Assembly (NCBI GenBank): GCA_964481395.1
Contig: CAYZYG010000009.1
Coordinates: forward strand, 959-64,958
DNA: 64,000 nucleotides
Reading direction: 5' to 3'
Origin: an uncultured Vicinamibacterales bacterium
GTDB lineage: Bacteria > Acidobacteriota > Vicinamibacteria > Vicinamibacterales > JAKQTR01
A program made the position numbers and the translations under genes. This document shows, piece after piece, positions 7,833 through 18,100 of this stretch. Positions within the stretch are counted from its first letter, which is position 1; every line of letters begins with the position of its first letter. The notes below the pieces were generated by a model. The model had not been told where the DNA came from. It made no database searches and was given only the letters and a program-made list of their open reading frames with translations.

Positions 7833-9385
7833 TGACGACGCCGCGCAAGGACGATCCGCTCGACGAGGTGGTCGACGCGATCGAAGACGCTGTTGAGGAC
7901 GCGGTGGAAGAACCAGCCCGCTACGGGCTGCGCCAGTGGTCCGGCTGGGTGCTCGGCCCGGCGGCGCTCGTCGCGCCGTTGCTGCTTCCGGCGCCCGCCG
8001 GTCTCTCGCCAGAGGGCTGGAAGACCGCTGGTGCCGGCGCGCTGATGGCCATCCTCTGGATCACCGAGGCGATTCCGATACCCGCGACCGCGCTGCTGCC
8101 GTTGGTGCTGTTTCCGCTCCTCGGCCTGAGCAACATCCGAGACGCCGCGGCACCCTTCGCGAACCCGGTGATCATGCTGTTCCTCGGCGGCTTCATCATC
8201 GCGCTGGCCATGCAGAAATGGGGGCTGCACCGCCGGGTGGCCGTCACCCTGATTGGCGCAATGGGCACGCGACCACGGCGCATCATCCTGGGGTTCCTAC
8301 TCTCCTCGACGGCCGTGAGCATGTGGGTCAGCAATACCGCCACCGCGCTGATGATGCTGCCGATTGCGACGTCGGTCGTCGCGCTTCTGCCGACTGGCAC
8401 CAGGCGCAGCTCCCCGCTGCGCGGATTCGGCACGGCCTTGCTGCTGGCGGTCGCGTACGGCTCGACTACCGGCGGCATGGCCACGCTCATCGGCACGCCG
8501 CCGAACGCGCTGCTGGCGGGGTACATGGACAGCGTTTACCACCGCGAAGTCGGATTCGCCCAGTGGATGCTCCTCGGCGTACCTGTGACCCTCGTGACGC
8601 TGCCGGTGGTGTTCTTCGTGCTGACGCGCGTCTCGTTCCGCCTCGGCACCGCCGAGGTGCCTGGGATGAAGGCCCTGCTCGCCGGTGAGCGGGCCCGGCT
8701 CGGACGGCCCAGCCGGGGCGAGATCTCGGTGGCCATCGTCTTCGCGCTGACGGCGGTCGGCTGGATCTTCCAGCCGCTGGTTGCACGCGCATTTCCCATG
8801 GTGTCCGACACTACCGTGGCCATGGTGGGGGCCCTGGCCCTGTTCATGATTCCCGTCGACGCCGGGCGCGGTCAGTTCGTGATGGACTGGGGCGCGACGA
8901 AGAGCCTGCCGTGGGAAGTCCTGCTGCTGTTCGGCGGCGGGCTCAGCCTGGCCGGCCTGATCGAGAAGCACGGCCTGTCGCACTACCTGGGCAGCCTGAG
9001 CGGCGGTCTTCATGGCGTGCCGGTGGTGGTCACGCTCTGCATCGTGTGCTTCCTCATCCTGATGCTGACCGAGTTGACCAGCAACACGGCGACCGCCGCG
9101 ACGTTCCTGCCCATCGTCGGCGCAACCGCCATCAGTCTCGGTCAGAACCCGCTGCTGTTCCTGATTCCCGCGGCGCTGGCGTCGAACTGCTCGTTCATGC
9201 TGCCCGTTGGGACGCCGCCCAACGCCATCGTCTTTGGCAGCGGCCTCATCACGTTGCCGCAGATGGCCAAAGCGGGCTTCATCCTCAATGTCGTCATGGT
9301 GCCCGTCATCGTCGGCCTCGTGCTGCTGCTCGGGCCGTACGTGTTCGATCTGCAGCTGGGGGTGATTCCAGAATGGGTGAAGTAG
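7832..9385 (+). CDS. DASS/SLC13-family anion:sodium symporter
   Basis: SNTATALMMLP and GTPPNA motifs are each present twice (inverted-repeat topology) with many TM segments. The ATG overlaps the previous stop (TGATG). Confidence 0.85.
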   Translation: MTTPRKDDPLDEVVDAIEDAVEDAVEEPARYGLRQWSGWVLGPAALVAPLLLPAPAGLSPEGWKTAGAGALMAILWITEAIPIPATALLPLVLFPLLGLSNIRDAAAPFANPVIMLFLGGFIIALAMQKWGLHRRVAVTLIGAMGTRPRRIILGFLLSSTAVSMWVSNTATALMMLPIATSVVALLPTGTRRSSPLRGFGTALLLAVAYGSTTGGMATLIGTPPNALLAGYMDSVYHREVGFAQWMLLGVPVTLVTLPVVFFVLTRVSFRLGTAEVPGMKALLAGERARLGRPSRGEISVAIVFALTAVGWIFQPLVARAFPMVSDTTVAMVGALALFMIPVDAGRGQFVMDWGATKSLPWEVLLLFGGGLSLAGLIEKHGLSHYLGSLSGGLHGVPVVVTLCIVCFLILMLTELTSNTATAATFLPIVGATAISLGQNPLLFLIPAALASNCSFMLPVGTPPNAIVFGSGLITLPQMAKAGFILNVVMVPVIVGLVLLLGPYVFDLQLGVIPEWVK

Positions 9386-9490
9386 GAAGACAGTAGCCTT
9401 GAGAACGGCTACTCCAGCCCTGAACCGGCGGGCACCTTCGAGGCGTTCCAGCGGCACCAGCAGAGCATTAACAACGGCCTGTCGTTCTAC

Positions 9491-10480
9491 ATGCGCCGGA
9501 AGAAAGCGGCCGACGACGTGGCGGTGAAGGCGCAACTGGCGCAACTGGCCGGCGTGCCGCCTGACGAGATCGTGATCACCCGTAACACCACCGAGTCGCT
9601 GGGCACGGTGACCCACGGCATCGACCTCGCGCCGGGGGACGAGGCGGTGATGTGCAACCAGGACTACGGTTCGATGCTGGAGCAGTTCCGCCAGCAGTCG
9701 AAGCGCCGCGGGCTCAAGTGCGTCGAGATCGCCATTCCGCTGCACCTAAAGGACGACCAGGAAATGGTCGACACCTACGCGGCGGCGATGACGCCGCGCA
9801 CGAAGCTGCTGCTCGTGTCCCACATGGTGAACATCACCGGGCAGATCCTGCCCGTGCGCAAGATCGCCGACATGGCCCACGCGCGGGGCGTTTCGGTGAT
9901 CGTGGACGCGGCGCACTCGTTCGCCCACCTGAACTTCACGATTCCCGAGCTGGACGGCGACTTCTTCGGCGCGAGTCTGCACAAGTGGCTGTGTACGCCG
10001 CTCGGCGCCGGCATCCTGCACATCAAGAAGGATCGGATCAAGGACGTGTGGCCGCTCCTTGGCGACACCTCTCGGCCCGCAGACGACATCCGCAAGTTCG
10101 AGCGTCTCGGCACGCAGCCCGTGTGGACGATGCTGGCCGTTGCCGACGCGATCCGCTTCCACACGATGATTGGCGCGGCGCGCAAGGAAGCGCGGCTGCG
10201 TTACCTGCAGCAGTACTGGACCGACAAGGTGCGCGGGTTCCCGAAGGTCTACCTGAACACGCCGACCGGCAACCGCGCGTGCGGCATCGCGAACGTAGGC
10301 GTCACGGGGATGACGCCGAAGGAGCTGGCGGACACGCTCTTCGACCGGTTCAACATCTACACCGTGGCCATCGACACGGTGGCCGTCAAAGGGACGCGCG
10401 TCACGCCGCACCTCTATACGACGACGGCCGAACTCGACGCGCTCGTGAAGGCGCTTCAGGAACTCGCCCGCCGGGCCTGA
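9491..10480 (+). CDS. Class V aminotransferase-fold PLP enzyme (cysteine desulfurase / isopenicillin-N epimerase-like), apparently 5'-truncated
   Basis: Motifs ITRNTTESL, SHMVNITGQILP and ASLHKWL (PLP lysine). In-frame homologous-looking codons (LENGYSSPEP...FYMR) extend upstream to the TAG at 9383-9385 with no ATG/GTG/TTG start. Confidence 0.7.
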   Translation: MRRKKAADDVAVKAQLAQLAGVPPDEIVITRNTTESLGTVTHGIDLAPGDEAVMCNQDYGSMLEQFRQQSKRRGLKCVEIAIPLHLKDDQEMVDTYAAAMTPRTKLLLVSHMVNITGQILPVRKIADMAHARGVSVIVDAAHSFAHLNFTIPELDGDFFGASLHKWLCTPLGAGILHIKKDRIKDVWPLLGDTSRPADDIRKFERLGTQPVWTMLAVADAIRFHTMIGAARKEARLRYLQQYWTDKVRGFPKVYLNTPTGNRACGIANVGVTGMTPKELADTLFDRFNIYTVAIDTVAVKGTRVTPHLYTTTAELDALVKALQELARRA

Positions 10481-10631
10481 AGTCGCGCGGCGGGCCCGTC
10501 CGGCGCCACCCGCCCGGGCGTGGAGATGCTCAGTTCAGGAGCGGTCCGCATACCCGTCGCGCTTCAGGATCTCGGCCGTCGGGCCTGAGAGCTCGCTGCG
10601 TCGCTTCCGGCCCGTGAGGGCTGACAAGGAG

Positions 10632-10650
10632 GCCCGCCGATTAGGCGGGC
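10632..10650. terminator. Stem-loop GCCCGCC-GATTA-GGCGGGC between convergent genes
   Basis: Perfect 7-bp GC stem read directly from the sequence. Confidence 0.45.
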
Positions 10651-10660
10651 TCGTTCCATT

Positions 10661-10695
10661 CTGACTCCTGACTCCTGACTCCTGAATTCTGTCCT
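10661..10695. repeat. Heptamer tandem repeat (CTGACTC x3 plus degenerate units)
   Basis: CTGACTC CTGACTC CTGACTC CTGAATT CTGTCCT, ending 3 nt before the stop codon of the minus-strand protease gene. Confidence 0.9.
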
Positions 10696-10698
10696 GAT

Positions 10699-13600
10699 TC
10701 AACGAACCTGCTTGAGCAATTCCGCGACGGCGGTCTCGAGCTGCTGGTCCTTGCCCGCGCTCATCACGGCGAACTCGTTCATCACCGTGATGTCGGGCTC
10801 GGTCTGGCGGTTCTCGAGGTACTGGCCCGCCATGTTCTTTACGCCGAGCGGCGGAACGCCCCAGCGTGTGCTGCCGTCCTGGAGCGACTCCCAGCCGGCG
10901 AAGGTGCACGTGCCCGGGACGGGCATGCCGACCAGCTTGCCGATGCCGAGCACCTTGTAGGTGTCGGCGTAGCAGTGGCCGTCGCTGTAGTTGGCTTCGT
11001 TGGCCAGCGAGATGCTCGGCTTGGTCCAGCGGAAGTTCGGCTCGAAACCGTTGCTGCGCGTATCGTTCGTGTAGTCGAAGAATCGCTTGCCGCTGAGGAA
11101 CATCGCGAGGTCGGCCACCAGGTCTCCGCCGCCGTTGAAGCGCGTGTCGACCACGAGCCCCTTCCGCGTGGCGAACTTGCCCATGGCCTCCTCGAAGGTG
11201 GTGCGGTAGGCGCCGTCGTTCATGCCCGGCACGTGGATGTAGCCGAGTTGGCCGTTGCTGAGGCGGTCCACCTCTTCCTGGTTGCGGCGGACCCAACGCG
11301 TGTACAGCAGCCTGTTCTCATCCCCGAGCGAAACGGGCGAGACGACGATCTCCCGTCTCGTGTCGCCCTCGACAATCACGAGCAGCGTCTTCCTGCCGGC
11401 CTTTCGATTCAGATACCGCGCCGGATCCCTGTCGGGCGCGATCGTCTCGCCGTCGATCGACTCGATGATCGCGCCCGGCTTGACGTTCATCCCCGCCTTG
11501 TCGAGCGGGCCGTTCCTGATCACCTCGACGACCTTGATGCCTGGGCCGGCGTACGCCTGGTCGTAGAAGATGCCCAGCGACGCCGTGGCATCGCCTTCGG
11601 AGCCGGATTGGCTGTAGCGGGCGCCGCTGTGGCTGACGTTGAGTTCTCCCAGCATCTCGCTGAGGACCTCCGCGAACTCGTACCCGTTGCCCACGTGCGG
11701 CAGGTACTTCTGATAGACGGGCTTGAGGCCGTCCCAGTCGATGCCGTGGTAGCCCGCCGTGTAGAACGTCTGCTTCGTGCGCCGCCAGACGTGCTCGAAC
11801 ATGAACGCCCGCTCGCCGGCGGTATCGAGGGTCATCTCGCCCTTGATGGCGATGCTCTCGCGCTTGCCGCCGGCCGGATCGATCTTCGAGAGGCTCCCGT
11901 CGGCCAGCAGGAAGATGTTCTTCTGGTCCTTGTCCCACGCCAGACTCCCGCCGTTGGCGTTGAGGGTGACCAGCATCTTCGTTTCCCGCGTGCGGAGCGT
12001 GGTCGTCCAGAGGTTCATGCCGCGCTCGAATCGGGCGAGGTAGTAGAGCGTCTCCCCGTCCTTGCTGACGAGCGCGTCGCCGAGAGACGAGGAGTGAATC
12101 GTCAGACGGGCCTTCCGCAGATCGAGGCCGTCGAACTCGATGTCGATGCCCTCGGGCTTCGCCTCGGTCTTCTCGTCCTTGGCGGCTTCCTTCTTCGCGG
12201 CGTCGGCCTTCTCCTTGTCCTTCTTCTCCTCGGCTTCCTTGACGAGGGCGAAGTCCTCCTTGCTCAACCGGAAGCGGTCCCAGGCTTCCTGGGTGAAGAA
12301 CATTCCGTAGACGTCGGCCTGCGCGCTGCCCGACTGGGCCACCGACTTGAGGCCGTCGCGGTTGCTGAACCACAGCATGGCCTTGCCGCCGAGCACCCAC
12401 TTGGCGCGCCGGTCGTGAAACCCGCTCTCGGTCAGGTTGATGACCTTGCCCTTGCCGTCGGTGCTGACGAGACCGACCTCTCCGGGTGCGAGCCCCGGGA
12501 CCGCGTAGTCGAAGAGGATCCACTTGCCGTCCGGGCTCCACTGGAAATACTGGTCCGCGTCGGAACCGGAATAGAGATGGTCGTTCGTCAGCAGCGTCCG
12601 GCTCTGCTTCGTCTCGACGTTGTAGACCTTGAGCGTCGTCCGGTTTTCGACGTAGGCGATCTCCTTGCCGTCGGGCGAGAACTCGGGCTGGTAGTTCTCG
12701 TGCTCGTTGGCGATGAGCGGCGTCTCCTTGATGATGGTGGACGCGTAGAAGTAGGGCTCCTCATCGCGGGCGCGCCGGGCCTCCATGATGCGCCAGCGGT
12801 TGCCGCGCTCGGAGGCGTACACCAGCGCCTTACCGTCCGGCGAGAACGTCAGGCCGCGTTCCTGCTCTGGCGTGCTGGTGATGCGCTTGGTGACCCCGCC
12901 CTCGACGCTGGTCACGAAGACCTCGCCGCGCGAGATGAAGGCGATCTCCTTGCCGGTCGGCGACACCGCCATCTCACGCGCGTTGCCCGTAATGGGCAGC
13001 ACACGCTCGTTGTTGGCCCTGGTGTCGGCTGCGATGGTCACCTTGACCTTCTCAGGGCCGCCCGAACCCCGCTTCGTGTAGAGTTCGCCGTCCCGGCTGA
13101 AGCAGAGGGTGCCATCGGCCGCCGTACTGAGGAACCGGACGGGTACGCCCTTGAACGACGTGACCTGTTCCGAGCGGCCGCCCTGCAGGCTCATCTTGTG
13201 CACGTTGAATGTGCCGCTCTCCTCGCTGAGGTAGAAGAAGGCCTGATCGTTGTCCGTGAGCACGGGCGTGCGGTCCTCACCCGCGAAGGTCGTGATCTTC
13301 CGGTGGGTGCCGGCGGCGATGTCGTACACCCACACGTCGCGGGCGATGGCAGACGAGTGGTGCTTGCGCCACTCATTCTCGCCGCCCTTCTTGTCGTGGT
13401 AGAGGAAGAACTTCCCGTCCCGGCTCAGCGCCACATCTTCAGCGGGGGTCGTCAGCACCTGGGTGACCCGGCCGCCGGTCACGGGCACCAAGTAGAGTTC
13501 CGGCTGCGACCCGGTGGGGAAGCTCCGGTTCGTCGCGGCGTCCTGGCGCGCGGCACCGAAGTAGACGCTCTTCCCGTCGTTCGCGAAGGCGTAGGGGTAC

Positions 13601-13941
13601 TCGGCGGCCGAGTGGTAGGTCAGACGCGTCGGTTCCCCGCCCTCGGCCGGCATCACGAAGACGTCGAAGTTGCCGTGCCGGTCGCTGGCGAAGGCGATCT
13701 GCTTCCCGTCGCGGCTCCACACGGGCATGTAGTCGTGGGCCTCGTGAGACGTCAGCGCGACGGCCGCGCCGCCGGAAGCGGGGACCCGATACAGGTCGCC
13801 CTCGTAGGTGAAGACAATCGTTTTCCCGTCCGGAGAGATGGCCGGGTACCGGCACCAGAGGGGCGTCGTCGGGGCGGTCGTGACGGGGAAGGCCGCCACG
13901 AAGAGGAGGCAGAGGGTCAGGACGGCTGTTCGCTTGGGCAT
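10699..13941 (-). CDS. Tricorn-protease-like S41 peptidase with TolB-like beta-propellers, exported
   Basis: Signal peptide, repeated PxxSPDGKxIxF propeller motifs, and a C-terminal S41 region (GYIHVPGM...VVDTRFNGGGD). Confidence 0.9.
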   Translation of the reverse strand: MPKRTAVLTLCLLFVAAFPVTTAPTTPLWCRYPAISPDGKTIVFTYEGDLYRVPASGGAAVALTSHEAHDYMPVWSRDGKQIAFASDRHGNFDVFVMPAEGGEPTRLTYHSAAEYPYAFANDGKSVYFGAARQDAATNRSFPTGSQPELYLVPVTGGRVTQVLTTPAEDVALSRDGKFFLYHDKKGGENEWRKHHSSAIARDVWVYDIAAGTHRKITTFAGEDRTPVLTDNDQAFFYLSEESGTFNVHKMSLQGGRSEQVTSFKGVPVRFLSTAADGTLCFSRDGELYTKRGSGGPEKVKVTIAADTRANNERVLPITGNAREMAVSPTGKEIAFISRGEVFVTSVEGGVTKRITSTPEQERGLTFSPDGKALVYASERGNRWRIMEARRARDEEPYFYASTIIKETPLIANEHENYQPEFSPDGKEIAYVENRTTLKVYNVETKQSRTLLTNDHLYSGSDADQYFQWSPDGKWILFDYAVPGLAPGEVGLVSTDGKGKVINLTESGFHDRRAKWVLGGKAMLWFSNRDGLKSVAQSGSAQADVYGMFFTQEAWDRFRLSKEDFALVKEAEEKKDKEKADAAKKEAAKDEKTEAKPEGIDIEFDGLDLRKARLTIHSSSLGDALVSKDGETLYYLARFERGMNLWTTTLRTRETKMLVTLNANGGSLAWDKDQKNIFLLADGSLSKIDPAGGKRESIAIKGEMTLDTAGERAFMFEHVWRRTKQTFYTAGYHGIDWDGLKPVYQKYLPHVGNGYEFAEVLSEMLGELNVSHSGARYSQSGSEGDATASLGIFYDQAYAGPGIKVVEVIRNGPLDKAGMNVKPGAIIESIDGETIAPDRDPARYLNRKAGRKTLLVIVEGDTRREIVVSPVSLGDENRLLYTRWVRRNQEEVDRLSNGQLGYIHVPGMNDGAYRTTFEEAMGKFATRKGLVVDTRFNGGGDLVADLAMFLSGKRFFDYTNDTRSNGFEPNFRWTKPSISLANEANYSDGHCYADTYKVLGIGKLVGMPVPGTCTFAGWESLQDGSTRWGVPPLGVKNMAGQYLENRQTEPDITVMNEFAVMSAGKDQQLETAVAELLKQVR

Positions 13942-14482
13942 CGTTCGCTCGCTGGATGATCACGGACCGTAGACGCGGTGTCACACCCACGCGGGTCCTG
14001 TCGCCGGACAGCCCACCGGTGCTCAGACCCACAACCATGACCACGGCTGGGGGTCTTCCGCCCCGGCGGGCGCCCATCCGGCGCCACCCGCGCGGGCTGC
14101 GCGAACCGCTCCAGATTGTAGACAGTAGACAGTCGGAAGCGCGAACGCAAGTGGACGCGTCCGCGCAGGTCGTGCCGTGGTGCAACCCCGTGGTGCGACC
14201 CCCGGTCTTGTCCCGACTTGAACGTCGGTTCCCGAATGCCGATCCGTACTTGGGGCAAGCGGCCCCTATCGTGCTGCTTGCCAACAGCAGATTTCGTGCG
14301 ACTCGTCCAGTGAGTCTGCACACTGTTTGCGCCGCGGAGAATCCTCCGTGCAATGTGCGCCGGAGGTCTTGACCGCCTGATGCCGGACGTGGAGGATGTT
14401 CATGCCGCGTATGTGCTGGCGTGGGGCGGTGCCCACTCTGGCCTGTTTTCGCCCGAAGTCGTGGCGCCGAACCGGTGAGCCC

Positions 14483-15118
14483 TCACCGCAGCGCCTGTAC
14501 AGCCAGCAGGAACAGGGCCGCGCCGGTGACGACGTGCATGATCCACGCGCGGCGCCCCAGCAGGGCTGTCAGCCAGCTGAACGCCGAGCTGTAGCCGAGG
14601 TGGCAGACGAACGCCATCGCCACGTGCAGGAACGCCAGCGCGAGAAACTTTGCGGCGAAGCCGGGACCCGGCTCGACGAACAACGGGATGGAGCCCACGT
14701 AGAGGAGAGGCACGGCCGGGTTCAGCAGATTCGTCACGAGCCCCTGGCCGATCAGGAGCGGGTTCGAGGGCGCGGACAAGGCAGCCGCCGACGGCGGGGC
14801 GTCGGCCGCCGTGAGCGCACCGGCCCGTGCCAGGCGCCAGGCCTGCTGCAGGCTCCGTGCCCCGAGCCATGCCAGGCAAACCGCACCGCCCCACCTGATC
14901 ATCGACAATGCGTCCGGTGACTGACGCAGCAGCGCTGCCAGGCCTGCGGCCGATGCCACGGCCCACGTCGAATTGCCCAGCGCGATGCCGGCGGCCGTCA
15001 GCAGGCCGCCCGTGCGGCCGCGGGCGGCGGTGTTGCGAAGGACCACGGCCGTCGACATGCCGGGCGTGATGACGACCAGTGCCGCGACGCCGACGAACCC
15101 GGCCCAGTGCGCAGCCAC
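14483..15118 (-). CDS. LysE/RhtB-family amino-acid exporter
   Basis: 211 aa, GTG start, about 6 TM segments. The N-terminal VVITPGMSTAVVL motif matches the family. Starts 3 nt after the NRPS stop. Confidence 0.85.
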   Translation of the reverse strand: MAAHWAGFVGVAALVVITPGMSTAVVLRNTAARGRTGGLLTAAGIALGNSTWAVASAAGLAALLRQSPDALSMIRWGGAVCLAWLGARSLQQAWRLARAGALTAADAPPSAAALSAPSNPLLIGQGLVTNLLNPAVPLLYVGSIPLFVEPGPGFAAKFLALAFLHVAMAFVCHLGYSSAFSWLTALLGRRAWIMHVVTGAALFLLAVQALR

Positions 15119-15121
15119 CCC

Positions 15122-18100
15122 TCACTCCACCGCGCGCGTCGGCGAGCCCGCATAGATGCGATCCGGCTCGAGCGCATCCCGCTTCATGACGATGCCCTGG
15201 GGCGCGACGAAGGCCCGGTCTCCGATGTCGGCTCCGTAGAACACGACCGTATGACTGCCGACTGAGGCGCTGCGACCGACCCGCACCTTGTCGATCTTCA
15301 GGATGCGATCCTCGAAGGTGTGCGCCTGCAGATCGCACGACACGGTCGAGTCGTCCTCGAAGTGGAGCATGTCCGGATCGACGACCTGAGCGAATCCCGG
15401 TCCCAGCACGACGCGCCGGCCGATCCGCATCCCCATCAGCCTGAGGACCGCGTTGATGAGGAGCGTGCCCTCGAGCTGCGCCAGGACCCCCCGCGCCCAT
15501 TGATTCCAGGCGACGTAGAAGAAGTCCCACCGGCTGCACCAGCACGACCACAGCGGATGCTGTCCGGAACGCACGCGACCGAGCAGCAGCCACTTCAGGA
15601 CGACCGTGGCTCCCACGAGCACGCCCGCGGCGGCCAATGTCACGGCCGGGGCCAGCACGAAATGTGAGAACGCGCCACCCACCCGCCTGGAGCCCAGGAA
15701 CAGGCCCGCGTACCACAGGTACGCGATCAGGAGCGGCACGACCGGCAGGCCCAGGCGCAGAGACTCCCAGAAGAATCTGGTCGCATAGCGCAGGGCGTCA
15801 GGGTCATGGGTGAGGCTGCGATCGGCGGTGACCACCTCACGGCGCGGCAGCTCCATGGGCGGCACGCCGAACCACGTGCTGTCGGTCCGGGCCACGTCGG
15901 CATCCGCGACGGTGGCGACTCCGATGAACAGGTCTGCCGGCCACGCGTGGCCGGCGGGCACCACTGCGTGATTGCCGAGGAAGGTGCTCCGTCCGAGGCT
16001 CGTGTCGGCGATCGTCACGGTGCCGCGATGCCGCCAGGGCGCGCAGAAGTAAATACCGTCCGCGAAGAAGCTCTCGTCGCCAATCGACACGGTTTCGGGC
16101 AGGACGTCGATGATCGTGCTCACCTCGCAGTTCCTGCCGATGCGCATCCCTGCCAGGCGCAGCCACCACGGCCAGAACAGGCCTCCACTCAACCAGCGGC
16201 TGGCCGCGTCGACGATGCCCGTTCTGGTCCAGATTCGGATGGACTCGGCGCTCCACTGGCTGACCACGCCGGGCGAGATGGGGCGTGTGAGCCGCATGAC
16301 GACGCCCTGCGTGACGAGCCTCGCGGCCACGACGACGAACGCTCCGGCGATGACGATCACCACGCCGCGCGCCGAGACTGCCGGATGCTCCAGCCACGCC
16401 AGGACCCGCGAATCCAGGTCGGGCACCAGGGCCGCGGCAGCGATCATCCCGAGGACGATCGGGATCCACGACGCCAACGTCGCCGCCGTGCGGCCACCGA
16501 TGGCCAGCAGCGTGTAGCCGACTGGCCCGATCTCGCGTCCGCGCGTCACGTCTGGTGCCGGCGGTGCCTCGCCGGTCCTGGTCGCAGGCACCCCGGTCCA
16601 CCGCTCGTGGTCACCGACGGACTGGCCGGCAGGCAGCCACGAGAGTGGTGCCAGAAACCCGCCGCGTCCGACCGCGCTGCCGGGGCTCATGCCAGCCCGC
16701 ACGTCGAGCGTCGCGTCGGCGCCGATGTGGATTGGCCCGATGACGACGTGGCCGTCCTCGCGCTCGACGAGCCGGGCGCCACTGTCCTGCGCGAGCGTGG
16801 CGCCGTCTCCAATCGAGAGCAGGTCCCACCCCCCACGCTGCAGGTCCACACCGCGGTGGATGTAGACGCGCTTCCCGATCTGCGCGCCGAGGCACCGCAG
16901 AACGAAGGGCAGCACCGGCGTGCCTTCGATCCACCGCCAGGGGATCGACTGCGCCGTGCTCACCACAATCCAGTGCCTGGTGTAGAAACCGCTCCACACC
17001 GGCGCGCGCGTGGGCGTGTACCGACCCACGGCGAGCCGCTTGACCAGCAGGGTCAGCGGCACGGAGGCGAGGAGCCGTGCCAGCGTGGCGAGCACGATCA
17101 CCACCGGCATCGCGGCGACCACCCCGACGAGGCCAACGTTGCTCAGGGCCCATGGCAGGATCTCGAACGCTGCGAAGGCCAGCACCGCGCCCACGGCGAC
17201 GACTCTCAGCGCGAGCCAGACCGACTGGATCGTCGTCGAGAGAACGGGGCGGCCCGCTCGCTGGGGACCTCCCGCGCGGGGCGGCAACGTGGACAGCGCC
17301 GTGCTCTTCCGCGCGCGCATCCGTGCGGCGAGCGCGGCGACGGTCCGCGCCTCGTACAAGTCGCGGACCGTGGCCGTAGCCCCCCCGGCCACTCCCGCGT
17401 CACGCAACTCGCAGACGGCCGCCACGGCGGCCAGAGAGTCGCCGCCGAGATCGAGGAAGAAATCGTCGTCAACCGATAGCGGGCCGTCATGGTGGAGCGA
17501 GGCCGCGAACGCGGCCGCGACAGCCCGTTCGTCATCGGAACGCGCGCCGACGACAGCCTCACGGCCGTTGCCGTTCTCAGGCGGAAGGTCCGGCAACGAC
17601 TTCCGGTCCAGCTTGCCGCCGACGGTCGTTGGCAGATCCGCCGTCACGCCGAACCGGTTCGGAACCATGTACTCCGGGAGCACGCGTCGGAGCGCGGTCT
17701 TCAGCGCGGCAGTATCGACCGGCCCCAGCGGACCGTTCGGGACGATGTGGGCGGCGAGAACCTGGCGTGCGCCCGAACCCTGGACGCGGCACGCGGCCGC
17801 GCGGATGCCGGGCAGCGCCGCGAGGTGCGCCTCGATGGCGGTGAGTTCGACCCGATACCCGCGGAGCTTCACCTGCCCGTCGATGCGTCCCAGATACTCG
17901 AGGGCGGAATGGCCATTGCGGCGAACGAGATCCCCGGTGCGGTAGATCCGTCCGTGAACGGGATGGACCGGAAACTTCGTCGCGGTGACGGCCTCGCGAC
18001 CCCTGTACCCGCGAGCCAGTCCTGGCCCGGCAAGGCACAGCTCGCCAGGCTCCCCGTCCGGCAGCTCCTCGAGCGCATCGTCGAGCACGAAGGCACGATG

